39,346 nucleotides of DNA. It comes from a virus (Duplodnaviria; Caudoviricetes). A program made the position numbers and the translations under genes. The notes under the pieces are model-generated. The model saw nothing but the letters and a program-made list of their open reading frames with translations. It was not told the DNA's origin and searched no databases. Location of the stretch: IMG/VR virus record IMGVR_UViG_3300044676_005142, positions 1-39,346 of that record; one strand, 5' to 3'. Below, piece after piece: positions 16,257 through 25,732 of this stretch (positions are counted from its first letter, which is position 1; every line of letters starts with the position of its first letter).

Positions 16257-16773
16257 CTGGGCGCAGTATTCAAGCGAAGACCTCCATGGGATCACGCCAG
16301 AGCGGGAGATTGGGCGAAAAGAAGCTATCGCCGACATGCAAACCGCATTTACTGGCTCGCCGATCAACTTCAAGACCGAAAAAGCGTACACCGATTGGTT
16401 GCTGTCGAACATAGACGTTTTGAAGGCCGTGCTTGGGGTCACTGGCGACGGAACCCCCCGAGTAAATCAACCACTGCACGCAGATACTGGGTATCGGCCT
16501 GACATTGTGTTCCGGTGCGAAGACAGGAATATCATCATCGAGATAAAGAATACGCGCAGCAACTGGCCCCACGCCAACAACGTGGGCAGTCAGATCAAGG
16601 CTACGGCAGAGCTAGAGTATTACGGACTGCTGTGCAAGAGCGCTGTTTTAGTGCTCGTAGCGCCAACAATTACACACGAAATTATCGACTTTATACGCCA
16701 TTATGGTAAGAAAATATGGCTGATAGAGGCTAATCCAACCGCTTTTACGGTAATCCCAGCGACCGATGGCTAA
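16249..16773 (+). CDS. PD-(D/E)XK restriction-endonuclease-fold protein
   Basis: YRPDIVF...IIIEIKN catalytic-type motif, followed by QIKATAELEYY. Confidence 0.65.
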   Translation: MSSWAQYSSEDLHGITPEREIGRKEAIADMQTAFTGSPINFKTEKAYTDWLLSNIDVLKAVLGVTGDGTPRVNQPLHADTGYRPDIVFRCEDRNIIIEIKNTRSNWPHANNVGSQIKATAELEYYGLLCKSAVLVLVAPTITHEIIDFIRHYGKKIWLIEANPTAFTVIPATDG

Positions 16774-17158
16774 GCGTGGACGTAAACCATTCAAGCCGGA
16801 CCTGCAGCGCGTTGAACGCCTTGCAGCACAAGGGCTGAGCCAGAAACAGATATGTATATCGCTGGGCATATCCGAGGATACGCTGTACAAGTATAAGAAG
16901 ATTAATGCCGAATTTGCCGAGGCACTGTCCCGTGGGCAGACCCAGGGACTGCAAGATGTGAGCAATGCGCTCTACCAGAATGCGCTTGATGGCAACTTCA
17001 ACGCGCAGAAGCTCTACCTTGCGGTTCGTGACCCTGAACGCTGGCGCGAGCAGACAGACATCCACCATTCAGGAGGAATGGAGCAGACCATCACCATCGT
17101 TGACCCTGGATGCGGAGCAGTAGGGACAGATGCAGACCCCATCGACGATCAGTCTTGA
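16766..17158 (+). CDS. terS: Terminase small subunit
   Basis: KRGRKP, an HTH (GLSQKQICISLGISEDTLYKY) and ALYQNALDGN, directly upstream of the large terminase. Confidence 0.85.
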   Translation: MAKRGRKPFKPDLQRVERLAAQGLSQKQICISLGISEDTLYKYKKINAEFAEALSRGQTQGLQDVSNALYQNALDGNFNAQKLYLAVRDPERWREQTDIHHSGGMEQTITIVDPGCGAVGTDADPIDDQS

Positions 17159-18461
17159 TTACCAGCCCCGCAAGTGGCAGAAGACTGCCCACGAAGGCCT
17201 GCGTGGAAAGAAATACGGATGCCTGATCACCAGCCGGCAGATCGGTAAGACCACCGCATCGATTGCTATGCTCTGCTCCAGGGCACTGGCAGGCCCACCA
17301 CACACCGCACACTGCTACCTGGCACCAACGGCCAACCAAGCCCGCCGCATCTGCTGGAGCCAGCTTAAAGAGCGCCTGGCGCCACTGGGCACTAAGGTTA
17401 AGTTCCGCGAGTCTGACCTGGTAGTGACGCTGCCGGGTGATCGCAAGATATTCGTTATCGGCGCCGAGCAGGGCGACAACATTCGTGGCGCTAGCTTCCG
17501 CAGTATCTTTGCCGATGAATTCGACTCGATCAGCGATGAGTTCTGGCGCTCCGTAATGATCCCAACCACTGCGGCACACGGTGACCAGGCATTCATCCTG
17601 TTTATCGGCACCATCGGCGGCGGCATCAGCAAGCTGTGGAACATGTATATACAGCACAAGGCTGACCCTGACTGGTTCTGTATGTGCGTGCCGGCCAGTA
17701 AGAGCGGCTGCTTCACGCCAGAGGAGCTCGAAGAAAAGCGCAGGCAGATGTCCGAAGCTGCCTACATGCGCGAAATGGAAGCCGACCCCAACGCACCGGT
17801 AGAGAACGCCGTCCTGGGCCGTGAGGTGAAAGCCTGCCAGGATGACAATCGGATCGTTGACCTTCCCTATCGCCAGGGCTATGCCGTGCATACCTGCTGG
17901 GATATCGGCATACGGGACTTCACGTCGGTGTGGGGATTCATGATCGTTGGTCGGATGATCGAGGTGCTGTTCTACCGAGAGTACAGCGAGATCGGCATGC
18001 TCGAAGTCATGGCCCGCCTGAAGGAAGAGTTCCGGCATTACACCTGGGGCGAGGCCACGCTGCCGCACGATGCCAAGAACCGCGACAAGCTCACCGCTGA
18101 CAGCATACTGGGTGCATTCTGGGAGCAGTGGCCAGGTACTGCCTACGCGCCGAAGTCAGCGCCCAACCCGATAGCCACGCTGCAATCCACCAGAACCAAC
18201 TTCCCACGCCTGACGTTCGACGAGGTCAACTGTGACCACGGTATCAAGCGCCTGAAGACTGCGCGCTACGTGGTCAACGCCAAGACTGGCACCGTGACCG
18301 ATACCATTCTGCATGATGACAACAGCCACTGTGTCGATGCCATTCGCTTAGGTATGTGGCGCCTGGAGTCGCTGTACCCAGTGAGCGAAACCGAAGACTA
18401 CGTACCCTGGGGTCAGCATGGCGACCAGGGACTCACGCAGCCAAACAGGTACTTTGAATGA
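17130..18461 (+). CDS. terL: Terminase large subunit
   Basis: Walker A SRQIGKT, YLAPT, RGASF..IFADE, FIGT, nuclease WDIG..D, and SHCVDAIR. Confidence 0.95.
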   Translation: MQTPSTISLDYQPRKWQKTAHEGLRGKKYGCLITSRQIGKTTASIAMLCSRALAGPPHTAHCYLAPTANQARRICWSQLKERLAPLGTKVKFRESDLVVTLPGDRKIFVIGAEQGDNIRGASFRSIFADEFDSISDEFWRSVMIPTTAAHGDQAFILFIGTIGGGISKLWNMYIQHKADPDWFCMCVPASKSGCFTPEELEEKRRQMSEAAYMREMEADPNAPVENAVLGREVKACQDDNRIVDLPYRQGYAVHTCWDIGIRDFTSVWGFMIVGRMIEVLFYREYSEIGMLEVMARLKEEFRHYTWGEATLPHDAKNRDKLTADSILGAFWEQWPGTAYAPKSAPNPIATLQSTRTNFPRLTFDEVNCDHGIKRLKTARYVVNAKTGTVTDTILHDDNSHCVDAIRLGMWRLESLYPVSETEDYVPWGQHGDQGLTQPNRYFE

Positions 18462-18649
18462 GCGCAGAGCAGACATTACTGCAAGAGCTGAACGCGGCGC
18501 GTGAGCACGCCGAGCGGGAGGAAGATTGCCACGTGGCGCACATGATGGCCGATGATGCTGTGCAGAAATATTTATCTGCGGCTGTCCCCGAGGCGGAGGC
18601 TGTCTACCAAGCCATACAGGATCACTTCAAGGGGTTTTGGTACTCATGA
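18458..18649 (+). CDS. Hypothetical protein
   Basis: ATGA coupled to terL. H..ADD...L...WYS pattern. Confidence 0.65.
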   Translation: MSAEQTLLQELNAAREHAEREEDCHVAHMMADDAVQKYLSAAVPEAEAVYQAIQDHFKGFWYS

Positions 18650-18792
18650 CCAACGTCAGCTACTACAAAAATCCAGTGCCCAGCATCAGCGACCCCGGCC
18701 TGCCGGGCGCGGGCGCACAAACAACAACGCCAGTGGACCCGTTACAGGCCGCGCTGGCCATATTGGAAGCCAGGGGAGTATCAGGGTCATGA
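18646..18792 (+). CDS. Hypothetical 48-aa protein (MTNVSYYKNPVPS...), not in ORF track
   Basis: ATGA overlaps at both ends. Confidence 0.5.
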   Translation: MTNVSYYKNPVPSISDPGLPGAGAQTTTPVDPLQAALAILEARGVSGS

Positions 18793-18905
18793 CCGTCAAG
18801 ACAGCCAACAGCAAGCCCGCACAATGCGGCAAGGGCACCAAAGCGCAGGGTACAAAGAAGACACTGCCGCTGCGGTTCAAGAAGACACGCACACGGAGGG
18901 GTTAG
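18789..18905 (+). CDS. Small very basic peptide, 38 aa
   Basis: GGAG RBS. Sequence MTVKTANSKPAQCGKGTKAQGTKKTLPLRFKKTRTRRG. Confidence 0.5.
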   Translation: MTVKTANSKPAQCGKGTKAQGTKKTLPLRFKKTRTRRG

Positions 18906-18906
18906 C

Positions 18907-19332
18907 ATGGGTGTACCAGCGAGCAGACACGGCAAGGTTACGCCGCGCAATAAGGTACCCGGCGCACCACACGGCAGTGGTATTCAGGGTGTAGGCAATG
19001 GGCGCACGTTTGTGGGCTCTCGGGGTTCACGGCCGGCAGGTAGTGACACGTCGGAGTTGGCAGCTGCGCCTGCATGGGTAGCGGGGGGCATACCCGACCA
19101 GACTAATGCGGACGCTGACCAGCCTGTGGCGATTGTAGTATCGGGCTATATCGAGAAGACGAGCCAGGTGACTACGTTCTCATTGGTAACGCCTCCTGCG
19201 GGGTTCTACATGACCACGTCGGGCAAGCTTACGGCGTTTGGTGCGGCTGTTGCTGTGCATAGCATCACGGTCGCAGCGCACAACCCGCACGGCACCACCA
19301 ACGACACATTCAGCTGGACGATCACCGCCTAA
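18907..19332 (+). CDS. Single Ig-like (He_PIG/cadherin-like) domain virion protein
   Basis: PAWVAGGIPDQT...FSLVTPPAGF...ITVAAHNPHGTTNDTFSWTI. Basic N-terminal arm. Confidence 0.7.
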   Translation: MGVPASRHGKVTPRNKVPGAPHGSGIQGVGNGRTFVGSRGSRPAGSDTSELAAAPAWVAGGIPDQTNADADQPVAIVVSGYIEKTSQVTTFSLVTPPAGFYMTTSGKLTAFGAAVAVHSITVAAHNPHGTTNDTFSWTITA

Positions 19333-22300
19333 TGGCAAAGCCACCGGTTTCACGATACGGGCGCAAGCACGATAAGCGCACCGGCCATGAGCGCCAAGGT
19401 CCAGTTATGGGCAGGGGCACGAAGATTACGTCCCTGCCTACGGCGGAGCTATTGGCTCGTGATCGTGAGGCCGAGCGGCTGCATACCAGCGAGCGGGACA
19501 TCGGCGGTAGTGGCAGTATCATCTACGACCGTGGATCGCTATGGTTCATCACACAGCCCAGAGTACCGCAGCGATTCATCACGCACATCGATGTATCTGC
19601 CGTGGTGGGTGTGTCTGAGGGCTTCGACCCGCGCGAGTCGGACAACTACTTCGGCATCTGGCCACAGGCGGCAGAGCCCACAGACGCCGAGGTGAAGGCA
19701 GGCACCGGGGCAGTAGCTAACGGCCACGCCAGCGCACTAGGCGTCCCGCACGGCTCGCAGATTGATCACCGCTTCAACGATCCTGATGTCACGGTTGGTG
19801 AGGTATACCGCCTGCATTGGCTGGCCGAGCATCTGGGTGAGGGAGCCAGTGTGCGCGGCAATGCGGCCACGTTCGCGATAGACAACAGCGCACCGATGGG
19901 CGCACCGTACATTACAGGAACCGAACAAGTTGGTTCGGTTTTGACGTGTAACGTTGAGAACATCAGCGATCCAGACGGCCTGCCCGATGTGGCGACCTAC
20001 GGCTATCAGTGGTACCGCAACGGCGACCCGATACCCGGCGCCACCAGCAAAACCTACACGCTGACCGACGATGACAAGGGCACGCGGATTAAATGCCACG
20101 TGACCTACACCGATCTGCAAGGCACCCTGGAAGGCCCACTGTATACCGATGAGACGGGCACTATTGTGCCGCTCAACTACCCGGCAACCGGCAAGCCCGA
20201 TATCGAGGGCATACTCCGCGAAGGCGAAACGGTCACGGGTGTACTGGGCTCCGTAGCCGACGCCAACGGGATAGACCACGCCACGCTGGACTATCTTGAA
20301 TGGCGCCGCGATGGATTCGAGGTCATACCCGGCGAGACCGAAGACACCTACCTGATCACCGCAGACGATGTTGGCAGCACGCTGCAAGTCGGCCTGGCGT
20401 TTTTCGACGACGACGGCTTCGCAGAAGGCCCGCTATACAGTGATGAGACTGCGGTAGTCCAACCCTACAACCGGCCGGCTACTGGCGCACCAGCGATCAG
20501 TGGCACGGTGCTGGAGGGTGAGACACTGCAGGGTGAGCTCGGCAACGTGGCCGATGAAAACGGACTCCCCGATATATCAACGTGGACCTGGCAGTGGTAC
20601 CGCGAAGATACCCAGGTGGGCACGTCGGCGCGCACCTATGTGCTCGGGGCTGATGACGTGGGGTCGCGCATCAGGGTGCAGGCGTTCTTTACCGACCTGG
20701 CAGGCTTCAACGAGTCCACGGCGCTGAGTGATTACACCATCTACGTGGGCCAGTACAACCGCGCGGCAACGGGCGCCCCCGATATATCCGGTGTGGTGTT
20801 CGAGGGCAACACGCTAACGGCGGGCCTGGGCACCATCGCTGACGCCAACGGCGTGCCGGACATCGGGACGTTTACCTGGCAGTGGCGGCGCAGCGGGTCA
20901 CCGATCGTAGGCGAAACAGGCCAGACCTATGTGATCGGGCCGGCTGACGTGGGTAGCACGTTATCGGTAGGGGCCAAGTTTACCGACCTGGCAGGCTACG
21001 AGGAGGGCTGGCTCTACTCTGCCGAGACGATCACGGTGCCCGGCACCAATCAGCCGCCGACAGGCATTCCGGTGATCACGGGTAACGCCGTGGAGAGCGA
21101 GGTGCTCACCTGCGACACCAGCGGCATTGCGGACCCTGACGGTATCGACCAGGGTAGCTGGGTCTACCAGTGGGTGCGCGACGGCAACGACGTGCCCGGA
21201 CAGCAGGCGCAGACCTACACGCTCGGCGCTAATGACGTGGGCTACGCGATCGTCGTCTACGTGCACTTTGACGACCTGGGCGGCACCTACGAGGGGCCGC
21301 TGATCAGTGATCCGACGGATATCGTTATCCGCACCAACCGGGTCGCCACTGGCAAGCCAGCCATTACCGGCACTGCCGAAATCGAGCAGGTACTGACGTG
21401 TACTGAGGGCAACGTGGCCGACGCTAACGGCCTACCTGATATCGCTGAGTGGACATTTCAGTGGAACCGGGATGGTGCGCCCATCGCTGGCGCTACGTCT
21501 GTGACGTACACCGTGGACCTGGCCGACCAGGGTGCAGCGATCACGGTATCGGTATCCTTCACCGATAACGATGGCTACTCCGAGGGGCCGCTGACCAGCG
21601 ACCCGACAGCAGCTGTGCCGATTGCCGCCTACTTCAAGGACTTCAGCCTATCCGACAACACAGGTTGGACGCACACGCGCGGCTCTGAAGCCACCATGCA
21701 CGATTACCTGGGCAACATTGTCACGGTAAACGGCACAGACGCGCACGATGAGGCGTTTGTCGGCAGCGAGTACACCGACCCAGACACTTACGTCGATCAT
21801 AATGTGGGTTATGGTATTCAGCTTGAGGATGAGACCACTAACTTGCGCTTTTCTTCTAATGACCCATCTGATACCTCAACTGGATTAGCGACTGGTGAAG
21901 CGTGGACACATAATGCGGTAGAGACAGTCACACAGAAAGCAGGGGACACTTCACCGCACGGCTATGACGGTTGGTTAATTACGCCTAATACGTCATCGAC
22001 ATGGCATGGACTGCGACCGCTCCATAACATATTAACAAGCGGCGTGAGGTGGACGCACACTAGCTGGTGGAAACCGAATGGATGCGACTGGATACAGGTG
22101 ACAGGCTCAAGTGGCTATGCGATTGAATACTGCAATATCAATATTCGCACTGGCGAGCTAGGCAACAATGATATTTCGGATTTCGAGGTAAAAACAGAGC
22201 CAAGCACGAATGGCTATATGAAAGTGATGGTCTCGGCTACGTCTACCGGAACTGGCGTTAATAGACAAATTATTCATGCAGTATACGGCGTTGATATAGG

Positions 22301-24746
22301 CGGGCGCACTCAAGCCTGGGCAGGGGATGGCGTTTCGGGCGCATTGCTCGCTGGAATGCAGATCGAGGAAGGTTATTCAACATCTTATATCCCAACAATT
22401 ACAGGAGTGTTGGCATCAGTCACCCGAGCCGCCACCAGTCTATCCGCACCGTTCTCTGACCTGCCACCGCTGCCCGCTGGGGGTGTGGTGAATGACTTCT
22501 GCGGGCAAGTAATATTCCATATGCGGAGTGACTTTGCCGATCTTCCTCAGTGGGCTGAATTCTTTACGTGCTTTGCCAGTCCGTCGAACAGTTCGTATGT
22601 GCGAGCATACCGGGCAGATGCTACCAACGTTCGGTTGCGATGGGTCACTAATTCGGTGACGTTTGATGCAAATGTTGACGCATCCAGTTGGGTCGCTGGG
22701 AAAGTTGTTGATATCAGGTGGATAAAGCGCAGTGTCGGTTCAAGCTATTTCTGGATTGACGGCGAAAAAGCACTAGGCAGAGAAACAACGGATGACTATA
22801 CCGACCCGGTAAACACGATCCACATTGGCCACGCATGGAACGGTGACTTTCACAACAACATAGAGCACCAATACACCCGCATTATTCCCGCAGCGCTGAC
22901 CGACGAGGAGATAGAAGCCTGGCCGACGTGGACAGAGCCGTTGCCGATCATTACGCAACAGCCTACGCCGATTGATTTCGGTGGTGCGCCTCCGCCGTCT
23001 GTGTCATCGAGTCTTGCGCTACTGTTTAGCGATCTCGTCGATGGGCTTAAATCTGGCTGGCATGACGATAGCTCGAAAGGCGCGGCGGTAACAGTGTGGG
23101 GTAGCGGGTTTGATGCGACGACACTAAGCAACAATAAAATAATATTTACGCTTAGCGGCACCGCCTATGAGCTGCCGGCTGGGCATGTTGTAGAGGTTGT
23201 GCAAGACCCCCATGTGTTTTTTCTGCAACGCCTGACATTTCATCTGTGGGATCAACTGCCAGACGGCGATCACACGTTTGTGGTCAAAGTCGGGGAGGTT
23301 GAAACGGAGCAGCTCCCCTTTCATGTTCGGTCAACGGGCAGGCATTTCTACTTTGACGCTAACGCGGCATCAAATGGTACTGGCACCTGGGCCGATCCAT
23401 TCAGGCGCCCAACGGATCATTTTACTAGCGGTTCGGCAAGCGACGGCAGCACGGCGGCGGGCGATCATTACTGGCTCAAAGCGGGCACGTATACAGAGAC
23501 TAATGGCGTTATTTATTTATATGGCTCGCGATGCGTGAGCGCGTCAGAAAATAACCGCATTAGTTTTAGCGCAGTGCCTACGCACGATGTTCTGCTGGAG
23601 AACTGGCTCACCCACGGGGGAAGTAATATCGCCATCTGGGGGTTTGGGGGAAGTTCAGAGCCTGATGGGACGAAGTCATGGTTCGTGCTCAGCAAGTTTC
23701 GAATAGATGGCGGCAAAGGTAGTATCAACCTTTCCGACTCCAACGAGGTGCGGGTTGTCGGTTGCGAGTGCAATGGATTAAAGGGTGATTCCACGACTAC
23801 AGGAGATATTGCTTGGGGTGGCTCGAGCGGAATAGCGTGCAATAACATAAAGATACTTGGTTGCGAGTTCAGGGGTGGCACAACTCAACAAGCAACTGAC
23901 CACGCGGTCTACCCTGGCAGTGGCGGCGCATTTTACGGGACGCAGGATATTGCCTACTGTTATATACACGATAATGATTATGCTGACGGTCAGCTTATTG
24001 GGTACCATTTTAATCAGAGTGGTCAGCAGCGAATACCAGACGGCGAGCGGTATATGGGTTCTCGGTGCCATCATAATTTGGTGGATACTCGAATACCTGG
24101 CACTCCAGCACACGGGCAGTTATCCACTGTGGGTATCAGGGTTTCAATTATTGATGCACGGGATGCTGGGCGATTGCCAACGGATGGAAAGAAAGAGGGC
24201 GAGCCGGTATACGTTTACAATAACGTTATTATTTGTGACAGCGCCGAGGCAACCGATAATGCCTCTTATGGCATCATAGTTACGTCAAATACGGCAGATA
24301 GTTATGTTTGCAACAACACGATAATAAACGGCACGCATAAAGGCGCTGTCGGTTTCGAAGGCGACTCACCGTCAAACGGGATTACGTTTCGCGCAAACTA
24401 CTCTGGCAATGTGATGACATCAGACACCGATAATGGGAATCCGTATTTCCGCTACAGCGGCGGGACGGCGGTGAATGTCACGATAACCGCAGCAGACAAC
24501 GTTTATTTTAACGGGAATTCTGGAAATCTGATCCCGAATGAATCGAACGCCATACAGTCTGACCCGCAGATGACCTACGACCTGGCGAACCTTGCGACGA
24601 CATCAATAACCGTTGCAAATGGAAGTCCTGTCACCAACGCACTGCAAATAGAACACACTCCAAACAGGGCTAGGGATTATAACCACCGCATTGTTAGTGG
24701 TCCGCCATACGATGCCGGAGCTATCAAGCCAGAGGACCCAGCGTGA
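19332..24746 (+). CDS. 1804-aa fibre/adhesin: six Ig-like repeats, head-spike-fibre-like and LamG-like domains, C-terminal right-handed beta-helix
   Basis: Six repeats of about 97 aa (N.PATG.P.I.G...L...I.DA.G...WQW.R.G...TY....DVG). WTHTR..AT...G.QLE...TN and TSYIPT..VTRA motifs. Asn/Ile-ladder C-terminus. Confidence 0.8.
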   Translation: MAKPPVSRYGRKHDKRTGHERQGPVMGRGTKITSLPTAELLARDREAERLHTSERDIGGSGSIIYDRGSLWFITQPRVPQRFITHIDVSAVVGVSEGFDPRESDNYFGIWPQAAEPTDAEVKAGTGAVANGHASALGVPHGSQIDHRFNDPDVTVGEVYRLHWLAEHLGEGASVRGNAATFAIDNSAPMGAPYITGTEQVGSVLTCNVENISDPDGLPDVATYGYQWYRNGDPIPGATSKTYTLTDDDKGTRIKCHVTYTDLQGTLEGPLYTDETGTIVPLNYPATGKPDIEGILREGETVTGVLGSVADANGIDHATLDYLEWRRDGFEVIPGETEDTYLITADDVGSTLQVGLAFFDDDGFAEGPLYSDETAVVQPYNRPATGAPAISGTVLEGETLQGELGNVADENGLPDISTWTWQWYREDTQVGTSARTYVLGADDVGSRIRVQAFFTDLAGFNESTALSDYTIYVGQYNRAATGAPDISGVVFEGNTLTAGLGTIADANGVPDIGTFTWQWRRSGSPIVGETGQTYVIGPADVGSTLSVGAKFTDLAGYEEGWLYSAETITVPGTNQPPTGIPVITGNAVESEVLTCDTSGIADPDGIDQGSWVYQWVRDGNDVPGQQAQTYTLGANDVGYAIVVYVHFDDLGGTYEGPLISDPTDIVIRTNRVATGKPAITGTAEIEQVLTCTEGNVADANGLPDIAEWTFQWNRDGAPIAGATSVTYTVDLADQGAAITVSVSFTDNDGYSEGPLTSDPTAAVPIAAYFKDFSLSDNTGWTHTRGSEATMHDYLGNIVTVNGTDAHDEAFVGSEYTDPDTYVDHNVGYGIQLEDETTNLRFSSNDPSDTSTGLATGEAWTHNAVETVTQKAGDTSPHGYDGWLITPNTSSTWHGLRPLHNILTSGVRWTHTSWWKPNGCDWIQVTGSSGYAIEYCNINIRTGELGNNDISDFEVKTEPSTNGYMKVMVSATSTGTGVNRQIIHAVYGVDIGGRTQAWAGDGVSGALLAGMQIEEGYSTSYIPTITGVLASVTRAATSLSAPFSDLPPLPAGGVVNDFCGQVIFHMRSDFADLPQWAEFFTCFASPSNSSYVRAYRADATNVRLRWVTNSVTFDANVDASSWVAGKVVDIRWIKRSVGSSYFWIDGEKALGRETTDDYTDPVNTIHIGHAWNGDFHNNIEHQYTRIIPAALTDEEIEAWPTWTEPLPIITQQPTPIDFGGAPPPSVSSSLALLFSDLVDGLKSGWHDDSSKGAAVTVWGSGFDATTLSNNKIIFTLSGTAYELPAGHVVEVVQDPHVFFLQRLTFHLWDQLPDGDHTFVVKVGEVETEQLPFHVRSTGRHFYFDANAASNGTGTWADPFRRPTDHFTSGSASDGSTAAGDHYWLKAGTYTETNGVIYLYGSRCVSASENNRISFSAVPTHDVLLENWLTHGGSNIAIWGFGGSSEPDGTKSWFVLSKFRIDGGKGSINLSDSNEVRVVGCECNGLKGDSTTTGDIAWGGSSGIACNNIKILGCEFRGGTTQQATDHAVYPGSGGAFYGTQDIAYCYIHDNDYADGQLIGYHFNQSGQQRIPDGERYMGSRCHHNLVDTRIPGTPAHGQLSTVGIRVSIIDARDAGRLPTDGKKEGEPVYVYNNVIICDSAEATDNASYGIIVTSNTADSYVCNNTIINGTHKGAVGFEGDSPSNGITFRANYSGNVMTSDTDNGNPYFRYSGGTAVNVTITAADNVYFNGNSGNLIPNESNAIQSDPQMTYDLANLATTSITVANGSPVTNALQIEHTPNRARDYNHRIVSGPPYDAGAIKPEDPA
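19884..21620 (+). repeat. Six tandem Ig-like domain coding repeats (about 290 bp each)
   Basis: Repeat starts NSAPMGAP, NYPATGKP, NRPATGAP, NRAATGAP, NQPPTGIP, NRVATGKP. Confidence 0.85.
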
Positions 24747-25732
24747 TATACGATTTCTCAGATATTCCTGGGCTTTACGCCTATTTTTCGGCGACCGAGG
24801 GCGTTAGCGATACAACGGGCAGTGTTGTGAACAGTACCACCAGTGTGTCTGGCTCAGCACACCCGTTAGTATTAACAAGCACCGGCACAAACACCGTGAG
24901 CATATTAGCTGATCAGGTTGGTGCAATGCCGGGGTTTTATTCGACTGATGGTATGTCAAAAAACGCCATTTTGAAGCACACGTTCGGCGAATTTCAGTCA
25001 ACGCCAAACGGTTACACAATGGCAGTGCTTTATCTAGTCGTTCAGCACACGAGCTTTACTCATTTGTGCAGCATGACGAATGACACCGGATCTTATGGAT
25101 TGCGCTGTAGCTCTGGGGGCACAAACTGGACGATTACCTGTTACAAAACCAGCACCAGCCCAGAGGCAATCCCCGTACCCACAGCTACGGTATCGACGCA
25201 TATCATCTCTGCCGGCGCTACATCTGGGAATGGCAAGTGGTATCGAGATGGCGTGTTGGACGCGAATGCTCCATTGGCGTCAGGGAGCAATCCAGGCTTT
25301 GCAGAGATAGGTTTGATTAGTCGAGCGCACAGCCCAAGCACTACCAGCATGGATGCCGCCATAGCGATATGCGCAATCTATGATCGGCAGATTGACGATA
25401 CTGAAGCTGCTGACTTGCATGATCTGATGGCCTATTGGGCGGCAAACAATGAGGCGCCATCCGCAGGGCCAGGTCCATCAGCAACGTTTGGACCCGTTGC
25501 AACCAATGATGACCCATCAGTAACGGCTTGGCAGTGGGAAGAGTCATCGGACGGTGTAGCCTGGGCTAACGTGGGCACGATCTTAACGGACGTTACAGGC
25601 GCGACAACCACGAGCCTGACGGTCAATAGCGCACCTATCGGGGCAGACCAGACGCAAGTGCGCTGCAAGGCGACCAGCGAGAAAGAGCCAGCAGGCGTAT
25701 TCAGCCACGCAGCCACATTGACGGTGCAATAA
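24743..25732 (+). CDS. LamG/ConA-like plus Ig-like domain virion protein
   Basis: KWYRDG...IAICAIYDRQI (LamG-like end) and WQWEESSDG..W...GATTTSLTV....QVRC (Ig-like). Confidence 0.65.
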   Translation: MIYDFSDIPGLYAYFSATEGVSDTTGSVVNSTTSVSGSAHPLVLTSTGTNTVSILADQVGAMPGFYSTDGMSKNAILKHTFGEFQSTPNGYTMAVLYLVVQHTSFTHLCSMTNDTGSYGLRCSSGGTNWTITCYKTSTSPEAIPVPTATVSTHIISAGATSGNGKWYRDGVLDANAPLASGSNPGFAEIGLISRAHSPSTTSMDAAIAICAIYDRQIDDTEAADLHDLMAYWAANNEAPSAGPGPSATFGPVATNDDPSVTAWQWEESSDGVAWANVGTILTDVTGATTTSLTVNSAPIGADQTQVRCKATSEKEPAGVFSHAATLTVQ

